This document shows, in pieces, positions 26,454 to 35,551 of a stretch of DNA of 43,004 bases (its first letter is position 1; each line of letters opens with the position of its first letter). The stretch lies in assembly GCA_036507695.1 (NCBI GenBank), contig DATCIR010000220.1, positions 1 to 43,004 on the forward strand, given 5' to 3'. The DNA is from Gammaproteobacteria bacterium. Its GTDB lineage: Bacteria; Pseudomonadota; Gammaproteobacteria; SZUA-152. The position numbers were made by a program, and so were the translations under genes. The notes beneath the pieces were generated by a model, which was not told the origin of the DNA, made no database searches, and saw nothing but the letters and a program-made list of their open reading frames with translations.

Positions 26454-27689
26454 GTGAAGCAAGTGAATATTAATGCGAAAAGTCTGGCGATTATCCTATT
26501 GGTAATGGGCGTGGCGGTGGTTGTGGCCTATCAAATGGGCGCCCGTCAATCGGAAAAGGAAACGGCCGCTCAGGCGCCGCAAACCGCGCCGGCCCAACCC
26601 GCTGCTCAAGCCGGGTTACCCGCCAGCCATCCGCCCATGGATCCCAATGCGCCCAGCTTCACCCATTTTCGCGTGGGCAACAGCAATGTCAAAGGCATGG
26701 CTGTGCTGCAAGGCGAGGTATGGGTGGGGACTTCCAGTGGCGCCATTCGTTACGCCCTGAAAAGCGAAGACTACAAGCTCTATGATGTGAATAACGGGAG
26801 TTTACTGTCCAATGGCGTGTTTCATGTCAGTAAGGTGCGTGACAATATCGTCTTGGGCACTTACGGCGGCGGCATGTCGGTATTTGATACCAAAACCCAA
26901 ACCTGGAAAAACTATAATATTCCCGACGGTCTGGCTGACCAGTTTGTTTACGATATTGATGAAGATGCGCAGGGTAATTTCTGGATTGCGACCTGGTCCG
27001 GCGCGAACTTTGTTCCGGGCGGCAACTTGAATGACAAGACCGGCTGGAAGACCTACACGGTCAAAAACACCCATGGCGGACTGCCCAATGATTGGGTCTA
27101 CGGCGTGGAAGCCGGACTGAACGGCGATGTGTGGTTTGCCACGGAAGGCGGTCTGGCGCGGCTTGATAGCCAAGGCGAATGGACCAACTGGCAGCACGAA
27201 CACGGCCTGGGCGCGCCGTACGAAAAAGTAAAAGAGGATATCACCTTTCAAAACGATCCCGCCGCGATGTCCAAACACCATGCGGCGCAGAAAGAAGAGC
27301 AGGGATTGGGTAAGGCTATCCAAGTGGGGTTTAATCCCAATTACATTGTGTCCATGGTGGTGGACAAGGACGGTTCGGTGTGGTGCGGCACCTGGGGTGG
27401 CGGGCTGTCGCACTTTGATGGCAAGACCTGGACGACGTATTCGAGCAAAGAAGGTTTGCCCGGCAATCACATATTCATGCTGACCCTGGGCAAGGACGGC
27501 AAACTGTGGATAGGCACCAACAAAGGCCTGGCGCGCTTTAACGAAACTGGTCAGGGATTTAAAGTCTATACCAAGGCCCAGGGATTGTACGCGGATAATG
27601 TGTTTTCCATGGCCGAAGCGGACGACGGCAGTTTGTGGGTTGGCAGTTTCGGTGGCGTGGCGCGCATCAAGAACTACAACAAAATGTAA
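26454..27689 (+). CDS. Second exported Reg_prop-type beta-propeller protein
   Basis: The track ORF from 26292 overlaps the previous gene. GTG 26454 (or GTG 26463) precedes the TM/signal NINAKSLAIILLVMGVAVVVAY. Repeats include WVGTSSGAIRY, WIATWSGANFV, WFATEGGLARLD, WCGTWGGGLSHFDG, WIGTNKGLARF and WVGSFGGVARI. Confidence 0.75.
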   Translation: MKQVNINAKSLAIILLVMGVAVVVAYQMGARQSEKETAAQAPQTAPAQPAAQAGLPASHPPMDPNAPSFTHFRVGNSNVKGMAVLQGEVWVGTSSGAIRYALKSEDYKLYDVNNGSLLSNGVFHVSKVRDNIVLGTYGGGMSVFDTKTQTWKNYNIPDGLADQFVYDIDEDAQGNFWIATWSGANFVPGGNLNDKTGWKTYTVKNTHGGLPNDWVYGVEAGLNGDVWFATEGGLARLDSQGEWTNWQHEHGLGAPYEKVKEDITFQNDPAAMSKHHAAQKEEQGLGKAIQVGFNPNYIVSMVVDKDGSVWCGTWGGGLSHFDGKTWTTYSSKEGLPGNHIFMLTLGKDGKLWIGTNKGLARFNETGQGFKVYTKAQGLYADNVFSMAEADDGSLWVGSFGGVARIKNYNKM

Positions 27690-27716
27690 ATGTGGTTTGG
27701 TTTGAAAGTGACTAAT

Positions 27717-27750
27717 AACCCCGTAAGGAGTATTCCACACGGGGTTTTTT
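27717..27750 (+). terminator. Rho-independent terminator
   Basis: AACCCCGT / ACGGGGTT stem with a 14-nt loop, followed by TTTTTT. It lies 28 nt after the stop codon. Confidence 0.75.
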
Positions 27751-27768
27751 ATCAATGGTTCTTTGATC

Positions 27769-27926
27769 GTAACTACTCACCCCGTGTGCAGCCTAGGTTA
27801 AAGCGGTGCGGGTGTCTCCTGCCGGGGGCGTCTGCGGCCAGGGATGGCCGCAGTCGAGCCTACAGGGACGTACTTGCGGCGTCCCCCGGCAGGAGATACC
27901 GGCGCCGCCCACGGGTGAGTAGTTAC
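27769..27926. mobile_element. Complete ~158-bp MITE with terminal inverted repeats and an 8-bp target-site duplication
   Basis: The TIRs are GTAACTACTCACCCCGTG (left) and CACGGGTGAGTAGTTAC (right). There is a second internal arm pair, GGTGTCTCCTGCCGGGGG / CCCCCGGCAGGAGATACC. CTTTGATC occurs at 27761-27768 and again at 27927-27934. Confidence 0.8.
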
Positions 27927-27954
27927 CTTTGATCCAGTTCGACGGGTTTAATCA

Positions 27955-29355
27955 ATGAAGATACTACGATTCTCGGTGATGAGTATACTTGCGGTGGCGG
28001 TGGTTTCATGCGGCAAGGACGATGCGGGCAAGCAGCCACCGGTGAGTGTGTCTTCCGCGGCAGTATCAACATCAAATACGCAAGGCGTATCCGGTGTGCA
28101 GTGGATTAAAGGCTGGCGTGATGCAAGCGCGTTGCAAGGACCGCGCGCGGGCGCGGCGTCGGTGGTTGTAAATGGATTTATCTATGTGATTGGCGGGGTG
28201 AATGGCATTGATTTTGTCCGTCTCACCGAATACGCGAAAATAAATGATGATGGCAGCCTGGGCCCGTGGCAAGCAACGTCGCCGCTGGTGGAAGAACGTG
28301 GTTTTATCGATGCGGTTGAGAAACAGGGTTATATCTATGTGGTTGGCGGTGGTAATGGTCCCAATGGCAAGAATTTACTGCATACCGTTGAGCGCGCTAG
28401 CATTAACGAGGACGGCAGCTTAAGCGCCTGGCAAACGCTGACCTCCGGTATGGTGATGCCGCGGCGTTGTTCCAAAACGGTGATCCAGGGAAATTTTATC
28501 TATGCCCTGGGCGGCTTTGCCGGCGCGTTATTGGATAACGTGGAACGCGCGGAGATCCTGGCAAGCGGCGATCTGGGGCCGTGGCGCCTGGAGCATGCGG
28601 TCATGACGATGCCGCGTTATGTCAACGCCGTAAAGGCGTCAAAGGGTAATACCTATGTGTTTGGCGGGCATGATCAGAGCAAGGGTATTGGTATTACCGA
28701 TGTGGAATGGGCAATTCCGGACCATCAAGGCGGTGTTAAAAATTGGAAAGCGGCCAGCAGGCTGCAGGTCGGCCGTTACGGCTTGGCGAGCGCCAGCCAT
28801 GGTGACGCGGTTTATGCCATTGGCGGGCTCACGGGACTGGAATATCTGGATAGCATTGAAGCCGCGACTATTCAGGAACATGGCGAGTTATCCCCCTGGC
28901 GTTTTACCACGCCATTATCCGAGCCCCGCGCGACTGCCAATGTGGTTGTCTATAAGGATTGGATCTACGTGATCGGTGGCACGAATCAAGACCGCTACCT
29001 GAATACGGTCGAGTACGCGGCGTTTAACGATTCCAACGACATTGGTTTTATGGGCACCTTGCAGGACGCCCGGGCCTACCAGGCAAAGCTAACTCAGTTG
29101 AAAGCGGCCAGGCCACAACTGCCCAATGCCGGCACCGTCAAGGCGGTTCAGCAGGCGTCTATGTATACCTACATCCAGGTTGTCAACGAGCAGGGCGTGC
29201 TGTGGCTGGCGGGGCCGAAGACCGAGTTGCAGCTCAATGACAAAATCCGGTTTAGCAAAGGCGTGTCCATGTCGAATTTTTACAGCAAAGAGTTGCAGCG
29301 CTCCTTTCCGCACGTGTTGTTCGTCAGCACTATTCAAAAACAACAATCGCGGTGA
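27955..29355 (+). CDS. Kelch-repeat beta-propeller lipoprotein with an extra ~80-aa C-terminal domain
   Basis: The lipobox is VSCG. Six blades are marked by YVIGG, YVVGG, YALGG, YVFGG, YAIGG and YVIGG, with W..(L/A) strands. The C-terminal segment is GTVKAVQQASMYTYIQVVNEQGVLWLAGP... Confidence 0.75.
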   Translation: MKILRFSVMSILAVAVVSCGKDDAGKQPPVSVSSAAVSTSNTQGVSGVQWIKGWRDASALQGPRAGAASVVVNGFIYVIGGVNGIDFVRLTEYAKINDDGSLGPWQATSPLVEERGFIDAVEKQGYIYVVGGGNGPNGKNLLHTVERASINEDGSLSAWQTLTSGMVMPRRCSKTVIQGNFIYALGGFAGALLDNVERAEILASGDLGPWRLEHAVMTMPRYVNAVKASKGNTYVFGGHDQSKGIGITDVEWAIPDHQGGVKNWKAASRLQVGRYGLASASHGDAVYAIGGLTGLEYLDSIEAATIQEHGELSPWRFTTPLSEPRATANVVVYKDWIYVIGGTNQDRYLNTVEYAAFNDSNDIGFMGTLQDARAYQAKLTQLKAARPQLPNAGTVKAVQQASMYTYIQVVNEQGVLWLAGPKTELQLNDKIRFSKGVSMSNFYSKELQRSFPHVLFVSTIQKQQSR

Positions 29356-29381
29356 TTAACCCGCGCCGGAGTTGACGCCGC

Positions 29382-29750
29382 ATGACCATAAAGATTGCCG
29401 CCGACTTGGTATTGGTCATTCATCTGCTGTTTATCCTGTTTGCCATTTTTGGCGGGCTGCTGGCGCTGCGCCGCCGCTGGGTGATCTGGCTGCACCTGCC
29501 GGCGGTGTGCTGGGCCGCAATGATCAGTTTCGCCGGCTGGATCTGTCCATTAACACCCCTGGAAAATACCCTGCGCCGGATGGCGGGGGAGGAGGGCTAT
29601 AGTGGTGGTTTCATCAACCAGTACATTGCGCCTGTTATTTATCCCGCGGGATATACCCGCGAACTGGCGGTTGCGGCGGGTGTCACCGTCCTATTAATCA
29701 ATCTGGCCGTTTATGGCTATGTTATTTACCGTCAACGCAAAGCAGCCTGA
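29382..29750 (+). CDS. DUF2784-family small membrane protein
   Basis: The diagnostic stretch is LHLPAVCWAAMISFAGWICPLTPLENTLR, and 3-4 TM helices are predicted. Confidence 0.7.
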   Translation: MTIKIAADLVLVIHLLFILFAIFGGLLALRRRWVIWLHLPAVCWAAMISFAGWICPLTPLENTLRRMAGEEGYSGGFINQYIAPVIYPAGYTRELAVAAGVTVLLINLAVYGYVIYRQRKAA

Positions 29751-30082
29751 GGCGTTGGCGTTATTTCGGTAACAACGGGATTAATCAGTGGCAAATTGTT
29801 CGATAACGATACGACGGCTACCATGGCCGCGAACGCGGGCATCGCAATCACCGTGAGTGCAAGGGGATTCATGGTGTTATTGTCATCAGGTGTTTTGCTT
29901 TTCATTAAGCCCATCGCTCACAGCGCGTTGCTTGTGGCGGATTAAAAATAGCATCTGGGCAATCAATGGCGTAAAAAATAAACTATAAACTATTTTTACC
30001 ATTTGAATTGATCGTTGATCATGGTCAATGCGATTCTTGGATTTGTAGTGATAATGGCAGCGTTGACAACCGGGAGCACGCC

Positions 30083-30556
30083 ATGACCATGATCTTGACG
30101 GCCAGCGATTTTCAGCATAACACCGAAATACCCAGTGATTATACTTGTGAAGGAGAGGATATCTCCCCCGCCTTGGCGTGGAAAGGCGTGCCCGCCGCCG
30201 CGAAGAGTTTGGTGCTGATCGTGGATGACCCCGATGCCCCGGATCCCGCCGCGCCCAGAATGACCTGGGTGCACTGGCTGTTATACAACATTCCTCCCGG
30301 GGTTCATGAATTGCCGCAAGGCGTCAGCCCCAGCGAACTTCCCGCCGGCGCCCTGCAGGGTATCAATGATTGGCGCCGCACGGGCTATGGCGGACCTTGC
30401 CCGCCCATTGGGCGGCACCGCTATTTCCATAAACTTTTCGCTCTGGATAAAATACTCCCGGATCTGCGCAAACCAGGCAAGGCCGAGCTTGAAAAAGCCA
30501 TGCAAGGGCATATCATTGCGTATGCCGAACTCATCGGAACTTATAAAAAACATTAG
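30083..30556 (+). CDS. YbhB/YbcL family PEBP (Raf kinase inhibitor-like) protein
   Basis: The motifs are LIVDDPDAP, WVHWLLYNIP and GYGGPCPPIGRHRYFHKLFALD. I prefer ATG 30083 over the track start 30008. Confidence 0.85.
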   Translation: MTMILTASDFQHNTEIPSDYTCEGEDISPALAWKGVPAAAKSLVLIVDDPDAPDPAAPRMTWVHWLLYNIPPGVHELPQGVSPSELPAGALQGINDWRRTGYGGPCPPIGRHRYFHKLFALDKILPDLRKPGKAELEKAMQGHIIAYAELIGTYKKH

Positions 30557-30581
30557 CCAGTATTATTATTAGCAACAAAAA

Positions 30582-31415
30582 ATGAAAATCGCCTATTGCG
30601 GTTACGATTTTTTTCATGCCTGTCTGAGCGATTTGCTAGTTTCCCGGCATGACGTTCACCGGGTTTTTAGCTTTCCCTGCGATAACCGCTATAATTTCAA
30701 CCGGTACATCCGGGAGCTTTGCAGGCAACACAGTATTCCATTCAGCGAGCAACGCATGGATGAAAACGCCGTGACAGAACTCGCCGCCGAGGGATGCGAG
30801 TTAATCATAACCGCGGGTTATCGGTACAAAATTCCGGATTTGACGGCGTATTCCATCAGAGGCATTAATATTCATCCCACGCTGTTGCCTGCCGGCAGAG
30901 GCGTCTGGCCATTGCCATGGACGATATTAACGGCTCAGAAGTACAGTGGCGTCACCATTCATCAACTATCCGGCGACTATGACGCCGGGCATATATTGGC
31001 GCAGCGGGATTTTTTAGTGGACGTGAACGAGCGGCTGGAGTCACTTTCGGCCAAGGCCCAACTGCTGGCGACTGATTTATTGCGCAGTGTGATGCTGGAC
31101 TTTGGCCATTACTGGCACAGCGCTTTGCCGCAGCGCGGCGAGGTTATCGAATGGGGAATGCCTTCCAAAGAACAACGCACACTGGATTGGCATAGTGGCG
31201 TGGCGGACCTGGACCGCCTGTGCCGCGCGTTCGGCAAGTTCGGCTGTTTTGCTTTCTTTGAGCAACGAAATTGGGTAGTGTATGGGCTAACCGCCTGGCA
31301 CTATCAGCACGCGTATGACATTGGCGCGGTGGTCCATAAAACCAATACTGAAATGATTGTTGCCGCCAGTGACGGTTTGGTGTCGTTATTGTATTTTGAT
31401 CCAATGCCGGCATGA
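30582..31415 (+). CDS. Formyltransferase-family protein (Fmt/PurN-like fold)
   Basis: The catalytic-type motif is GINIHPTLLPAGRGVWPLPW, followed by GVTIHQLSGDYDAGHIL (N/H/D triad positions present). Confidence 0.7.
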   Translation: MKIAYCGYDFFHACLSDLLVSRHDVHRVFSFPCDNRYNFNRYIRELCRQHSIPFSEQRMDENAVTELAAEGCELIITAGYRYKIPDLTAYSIRGINIHPTLLPAGRGVWPLPWTILTAQKYSGVTIHQLSGDYDAGHILAQRDFLVDVNERLESLSAKAQLLATDLLRSVMLDFGHYWHSALPQRGEVIEWGMPSKEQRTLDWHSGVADLDRLCRAFGKFGCFAFFEQRNWVVYGLTAWHYQHAYDIGAVVHKTNTEMIVAASDGLVSLLYFDPMPA

Positions 31416-31484
31416 AGTGCCGGGGCTCCTGAGGTACGCAACAATGGGTGAATTGATGAGTTATTCCTTTCGGGCGAAAGCGCT

Positions 31485-31877
31485 ATGCTTGATCTAATAG
31501 GGTTGGTGGTTGCCGTCAGCGTTGCGATTTTCGGCTATCGTTATGCGGTAAAAAAACAGCAAGCCCGTTCGCTGGATGGCCACACCCTCAAACAACTGGA
31601 AACAGCCGGTGTCGATTTACAACAAACGCATAAACTTGAGTTCTGGTTTTTTGGCGACAAAAAAGCGGCCATCGACACTGTCGCCGCGGAGTTGCAAACG
31701 CGCCAATTTGAAGTGTATGTCACCGAGACTGACGATGCCCCCCGGTATATCATTCGGGCCATCAAGGTGATGTCGCCTGAGCTTGCGGTGCTGCAAGGAT
31801 TGCGAATGGAATTTTTACAATTGGGGAAAGCCTATGGCGTGGAATATGACGGATGGGACAGAATATATAACCAGTAA
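31485..31877 (+). CDS. RraB-like (ribonuclease E inhibitor family) domain protein with N-terminal TM helix
   Basis: HKLEFWFFGD...FEV...AYGVEYDGWD resembles the RraB family core and the VEYDGWG motif. Confidence 0.55.
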   Translation: MLDLIGLVVAVSVAIFGYRYAVKKQQARSLDGHTLKQLETAGVDLQQTHKLEFWFFGDKKAAIDTVAAELQTRQFEVYVTETDDAPRYIIRAIKVMSPELAVLQGLRMEFLQLGKAYGVEYDGWDRIYNQ

Positions 31878-31904
31878 CTAAACGACAAGAATGAAATGGA
31901 GCAG

Positions 31905-31936
31905 ACCGGCCTGACCGCCGTCAGGCCGGTTGTTTC
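31905..31936. terminator. Bidirectional stem-loop terminator between convergent genes
   Basis: Perfect 11-bp stem ACCGGCCTGAC / GTCAGGCCGGT with a 4-nt loop, followed by TGTTTC. Confidence 0.6.
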
Positions 31937-31949
31937 AAACCAAGATCGA

Positions 31950-32123
31950 TCAAGCCGCCTTGGGGGCACATAAATTTTCTTTGGCCACCTTACCCAGAAT
32001 GCGTTCATCAAGTATTTTTAATACCACCTCAAAATCAACGCGCATAAATGCCGCAATGATGCGAATGGCGTTTGCATGATTCGCCGCCCACGGGTAGTGA
32101 TCCAATAATGCGGTGTTTTCCAT
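31950..32123 (-). CDS. Hypothetical 57-aa protein not in the ORF track
   Basis: GGAGGG lies 7 nt upstream of the ATG (complement of 32121-32123). My translation is MENTALLDHYPWAANHANAIRIIAAFMRVDFEVVLKILDERILGKVAKENLCAPKAA. It ends at the shared terminator. Confidence 0.4.
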   Translation of the reverse strand: MENTALLDHYPWAANHANAIRIIAAFMRVDFEVVLKILDERILGKVAKENLCAPKAA

Positions 32124-32677
32124 GATCTATCCCTCCGCTATGAAGGTTATTAACGCGCAGCGAGCCGGTATTGGCCGTGTACTACACTCCCTTGGCCGGC
32201 ATTTAAACCTAGCGCATCACGATTACCGATGAACTACCTTTCTGCAGGCGGGTTAATTTTCACGGCGGCAGGCAGTGCATGACGGGGATTCACTTAAGTT
32301 TGTTCCAGTGTCCGGACAGAAACCTATTGCCGGTGGCCGGGAGAGGTAGCCTGCGTTCCTGCCAGTTTTGCCGGGGTGTTTTGTTGCAGAGCGCATTTAC
32401 CGGATTTTGTCCGATGGTGAAAATCCTGAAGTCACGCGGCCGCACATCCGGGGCGGCATTTTTTAATACCGGCGCAAGCGGTTTTTATTACCCAAAAAGG
32501 CGTTGTTCGCAGCGGCTTTTTTGCAGGGCGTTTGCCCGCGACAGGCGGCGCGCAACTGCGTTCAAACCCGCCACCAGCGGCAGGATATCCGTTCGACACT
32601 GTGATAATATAGCCACCTTGCAAATATCCTGATCTTATCGTCTCGAATTCAATTCTATGTCCGGCAGCGTGAATTAA

Positions 32678-34471
32678 ATGCAAAATCGCACCATCGTTTG
32701 TCCTCTCTGGCTGGTCCGGCTGTTTCCCTTTATTCGCTGGTGGCACCGGGTCGATCGCCAAACCCTGCAAAGTGACTTGACATCGGGTGCGGTTGGGGCG
32801 CTCGTGGTTTTACCGCAAGGCGTTGCATTCGCGACTATCGCGGGTCTGCCGCCGGAGTATGGCTTATATGCCGGCATGGTGCCGGCAATCGTGGCGGCGT
32901 TATGGGGCTCATCCTGGCATTTGGTTTCAGGCCCCACCACGGCGGCGTCGATTGTGCTGTTTTCCACGCTGAGCAATCTGGCGGAACCGGGTTCCGTGGA
33001 ATACGTGCGCTTGGCGCTAACCTTGACTTTCATGGTGGGTATCATTCAGCTCGTGATGGGCATGGTGAGACTGGGCACCCTGGTTAACTTTATTTCTCAT
33101 TCAGTGGTTATTGGATTTACCGCCGGTGCGGCGATTTTAATTGCGGTCAATCAACTAAAACATTTTTTTGGTATCGCCATCTCCGGAAACTCCCATTTTC
33201 ATGAAATTATCTTTGAACTGATTAACCAAATTGACCAGGCCAATGCTTATATTGTCACGATTGGTATCGTGACGCTGGCGGCGGGATTGTTAACCAAACG
33301 TTACTTGCGCAAGATCCCGTATATGATCGTGGCCATGCTGGCAGGCAGCGTGGCGGCAATCATCCTGGATGCAATCTATGGCCATGCTACGACTGGCATC
33401 GTTACCGTGGGCGCGTTACCCGCGTCATTGCCGCCGTTATCGGCTCCGGATTTTACGTTGAAAACAATCCGGGAACTGGCGCCCGCGGCCTTGGCCGCGA
33501 CCCTGTTCGCACTGGTGGAGGCGGTATCCATCGCGCGATCGATTGCGATCAAATCCGGCCAGCATATTGATGGCAACCAGGAGTTTGTAGGGCAGGGCTT
33601 GTCAAACATCGCGGGGAGTTTTTTCTCCGGTTACGTGGCGACCGGGTCGTTTAACCGCAGCGGCTTGAATTACGAAGCAGGCGCAAAAACGCCGTTAGCC
33701 GCCGTGTTCGCGGGAATCTTGTTGGTGGTTGTGGTGTTATTTGTGGCGCCTTATGCCTCCTATTTACCGAACGCCACCATGGCGGCGATCCTGTTCCTGG
33801 TGGCCTGGGGCTTAATCGATTTTCATCATATCAAACGGGTTCTGCAACACAGCCGCACGGAATCCAGTATTTTGCTCACCACATTTTTTTCGACACTGCT
33901 GCTCGATCTGGAATTTGCGATCCTGTTGGGGGTCATGTTGTCGCTGGTGCTGTATTTGCACCGCACTTCGCGTCCGAAAATTTATGCGCGTGTGCCCGAT
34001 CCGCGCCTGCCCCGCCGAAAATTCAATACCGATGCAACGCTGCCGGAATGCCCGCAATTGAAAATGGTGCGCATCGACGGTTCCTTGTTTTTTGGGGCCG
34101 TCAGCCATGTGCGGGAAACGCTAATGGCGTTTGAACAACAAAATCCTGGGCAAAAACACCTGCTGCTACTGGCTCAGGGAGTAAATTTCGTGGATTTAGC
34201 GGGCGCGGAATTCCTGGAAGACGAAGCCGAGCGGCGCCGCCAGGCCGGTGGCAGGCTGTTCCTGTATCGTGTTAAGGAAGGTGTCTGCGAGGAGTTTCGT
34301 AAAGCCGGGACACTTGACAGTATAGGCCGGGAAAATATTTTTAACGCCAAGGAAGAGGCGCTCAAAGTCATTATTGAGCAGCATCTTGATAAAAATGTTT
34401 GCGCCCGGTGCGAGAAAAGGATTTTTCTGGAATGCGAGCATTTGCCCAAGCCGCAAAGTAAAGCCAGCTAA
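32678..34471 (+). CDS. SulP-family anion transporter with C-terminal STAS domain
   Basis: The motif LPQGVAFATIAGLPPEYGLYA is present, with about 11 or more TM segments and a STAS-like C-terminus (MVRIDGSLFFGAVSHV...). The tail is Cys-rich, CARCEKRIFLEC. Confidence 0.9.
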   Translation: MQNRTIVCPLWLVRLFPFIRWWHRVDRQTLQSDLTSGAVGALVVLPQGVAFATIAGLPPEYGLYAGMVPAIVAALWGSSWHLVSGPTTAASIVLFSTLSNLAEPGSVEYVRLALTLTFMVGIIQLVMGMVRLGTLVNFISHSVVIGFTAGAAILIAVNQLKHFFGIAISGNSHFHEIIFELINQIDQANAYIVTIGIVTLAAGLLTKRYLRKIPYMIVAMLAGSVAAIILDAIYGHATTGIVTVGALPASLPPLSAPDFTLKTIRELAPAALAATLFALVEAVSIARSIAIKSGQHIDGNQEFVGQGLSNIAGSFFSGYVATGSFNRSGLNYEAGAKTPLAAVFAGILLVVVVLFVAPYASYLPNATMAAILFLVAWGLIDFHHIKRVLQHSRTESSILLTTFFSTLLLDLEFAILLGVMLSLVLYLHRTSRPKIYARVPDPRLPRRKFNTDATLPECPQLKMVRIDGSLFFGAVSHVRETLMAFEQQNPGQKHLLLLAQGVNFVDLAGAEFLEDEAERRRQAGGRLFLYRVKEGVCEEFRKAGTLDSIGRENIFNAKEEALKVIIEQHLDKNVCARCEKRIFLECEHLPKPQSKAS

Positions 34472-35394
34472 ATCCGGTACATCGTTTCGCCGCCGTTTTC
34501 AATCCAGCCATGAATCATTTTTCGGGTCGTATGTCCGCTGGCGCAGCGTCCTTGATGGTCAATCAGAATCACGCCGCCGCGTCCGTTGACCCTGGATTGC
34601 AGGTAGCCGATGCCTTGCTTGACCGCGAGTTGGGCGTCAAGATTCTTGAGCTCGATTAAATCCGATAGCCGTTTGGCAAGCACGGTGCGCATGAAATCCT
34701 CGCCATAACCGGTCGCGGAAACCGCGCAGGTGGTGTTGTCGGCATAGACGCCCGCGCCGATGATCGGTGAATCCCCGATCCGTCCCCATTTTTTGTTCGT
34801 GATGCCCCCCGTGGAGGTCGCCGCGGCCAGGTTGCCCAGTTTGTCACGCGCTATCGCACCGATCGTGCCAAATTTTGGTTCCTGATCCGGGTCATCGTGC
34901 TCGAGCAATTGTTGATTTTTACTGCTGGCCGCTTCAAATTGCGCAATCCGTTGTTGGGTTAAAAAATAGCTGTCCGGCGTGCGTTCCATGCCGCAATGTT
35001 CCGCAAAGCGCATGGCGCCTTCACCGGCTAACATCACATGTTCTGATTTGGCCAACACCAGCCGGGCCAGCATGATTGGATTGGCGATATTGGAGATTCC
35101 CGCGACGGCCCCCGCGGACAAGTCCTTACCGTCCATAATGGCCGCGTCCATTTCCACTTTGCCGTTTTCGTTAAGCACAGAACCACAACCCGCATTAAAC
35201 AACGGATCATCTTCCAGCATCACCGCGCAAACTTCAACGGCCTCCATGGCCGAGCCACCCACGCTGAGCACGTAGCGGCCATGCTCCAGCACAACGCGTA
35301 GACGATCGGCGTAACGCATGGCGTCCTTATCGGTTTTAATGTGACTCAGCGTGCCTGCGCCGCCATGAATCATTAAAGAAAAGTTATGGCTCAT
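34468..35394 (-). CDS. iaaA: Isoaspartyl peptidase / L-asparaginase (Ntn hydrolase)
   Basis: The N-terminus is IHGGAG. The autoprocessing/nucleophile region is KFGTIGAIARD, and GAGVYADN is present. Its stop overlaps the SulP stop in convergent orientation. Confidence 0.85.
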   Translation of the reverse strand: MSHNFSLMIHGGAGTLSHIKTDKDAMRYADRLRVVLEHGRYVLSVGGSAMEAVEVCAVMLEDDPLFNAGCGSVLNENGKVEMDAAIMDGKDLSAGAVAGISNIANPIMLARLVLAKSEHVMLAGEGAMRFAEHCGMERTPDSYFLTQQRIAQFEAASSKNQQLLEHDDPDQEPKFGTIGAIARDKLGNLAAATSTGGITNKKWGRIGDSPIIGAGVYADNTTCAVSATGYGEDFMRTVLAKRLSDLIELKNLDAQLAVKQGIGYLQSRVNGRGGVILIDHQGRCASGHTTRKMIHGWIENGGETMYRI

Positions 35395-35458
35395 AATGAA
35401 AATAAACCCGAACGCTGTTTGCCTTGTTAAACCCCGTTAGCATATATGGCTCCATTAT

Positions 35459-35494
35459 TTACTTCAAATCACAGGCTTACTTCAAATCACAGGC
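35459..35494. repeat. Perfect tandem 18-mer TTACTTCAAATCACAGGC x2
   Basis: Copies at 35459-35476 and 35477-35494, 65 nt upstream of the iaaA start. Confidence 0.8.
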
Positions 35495-35551
35495 TGGCTC
35501 CAGAGCGATTAATTTATTAATGCCTGGAGATAAGTATCGGCTAAAAGTGAC

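Noticed and set aside
26802-27755. 317-aa minus-strand ORF opposite the second Reg_prop propeller gene
   Set aside because: The plus-strand frame carries regular W.GT..G repeats and a signal peptide, while the antisense product has no recognisable features. The terminator at 27717-27750 is oriented for the plus-strand gene.
29732-29914. 60-aa minus-strand ORF after the DUF2784 gene
   Set aside because: It has no Shine-Dalgarno sequence before either candidate Met and overlaps the 3' end of the DUF2784 gene. A hydrophobic stretch alone is not enough support.
32279-32770. 117-aa plus-strand and 112-aa minus-strand ORFs in the SulP upstream region
   Set aside because: They mutually overlap, are Arg/Gly/Cys-rich and lack start signals. 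Only a short DUF2892-like motif is notable, and that is reported separately as a low-interest finding.
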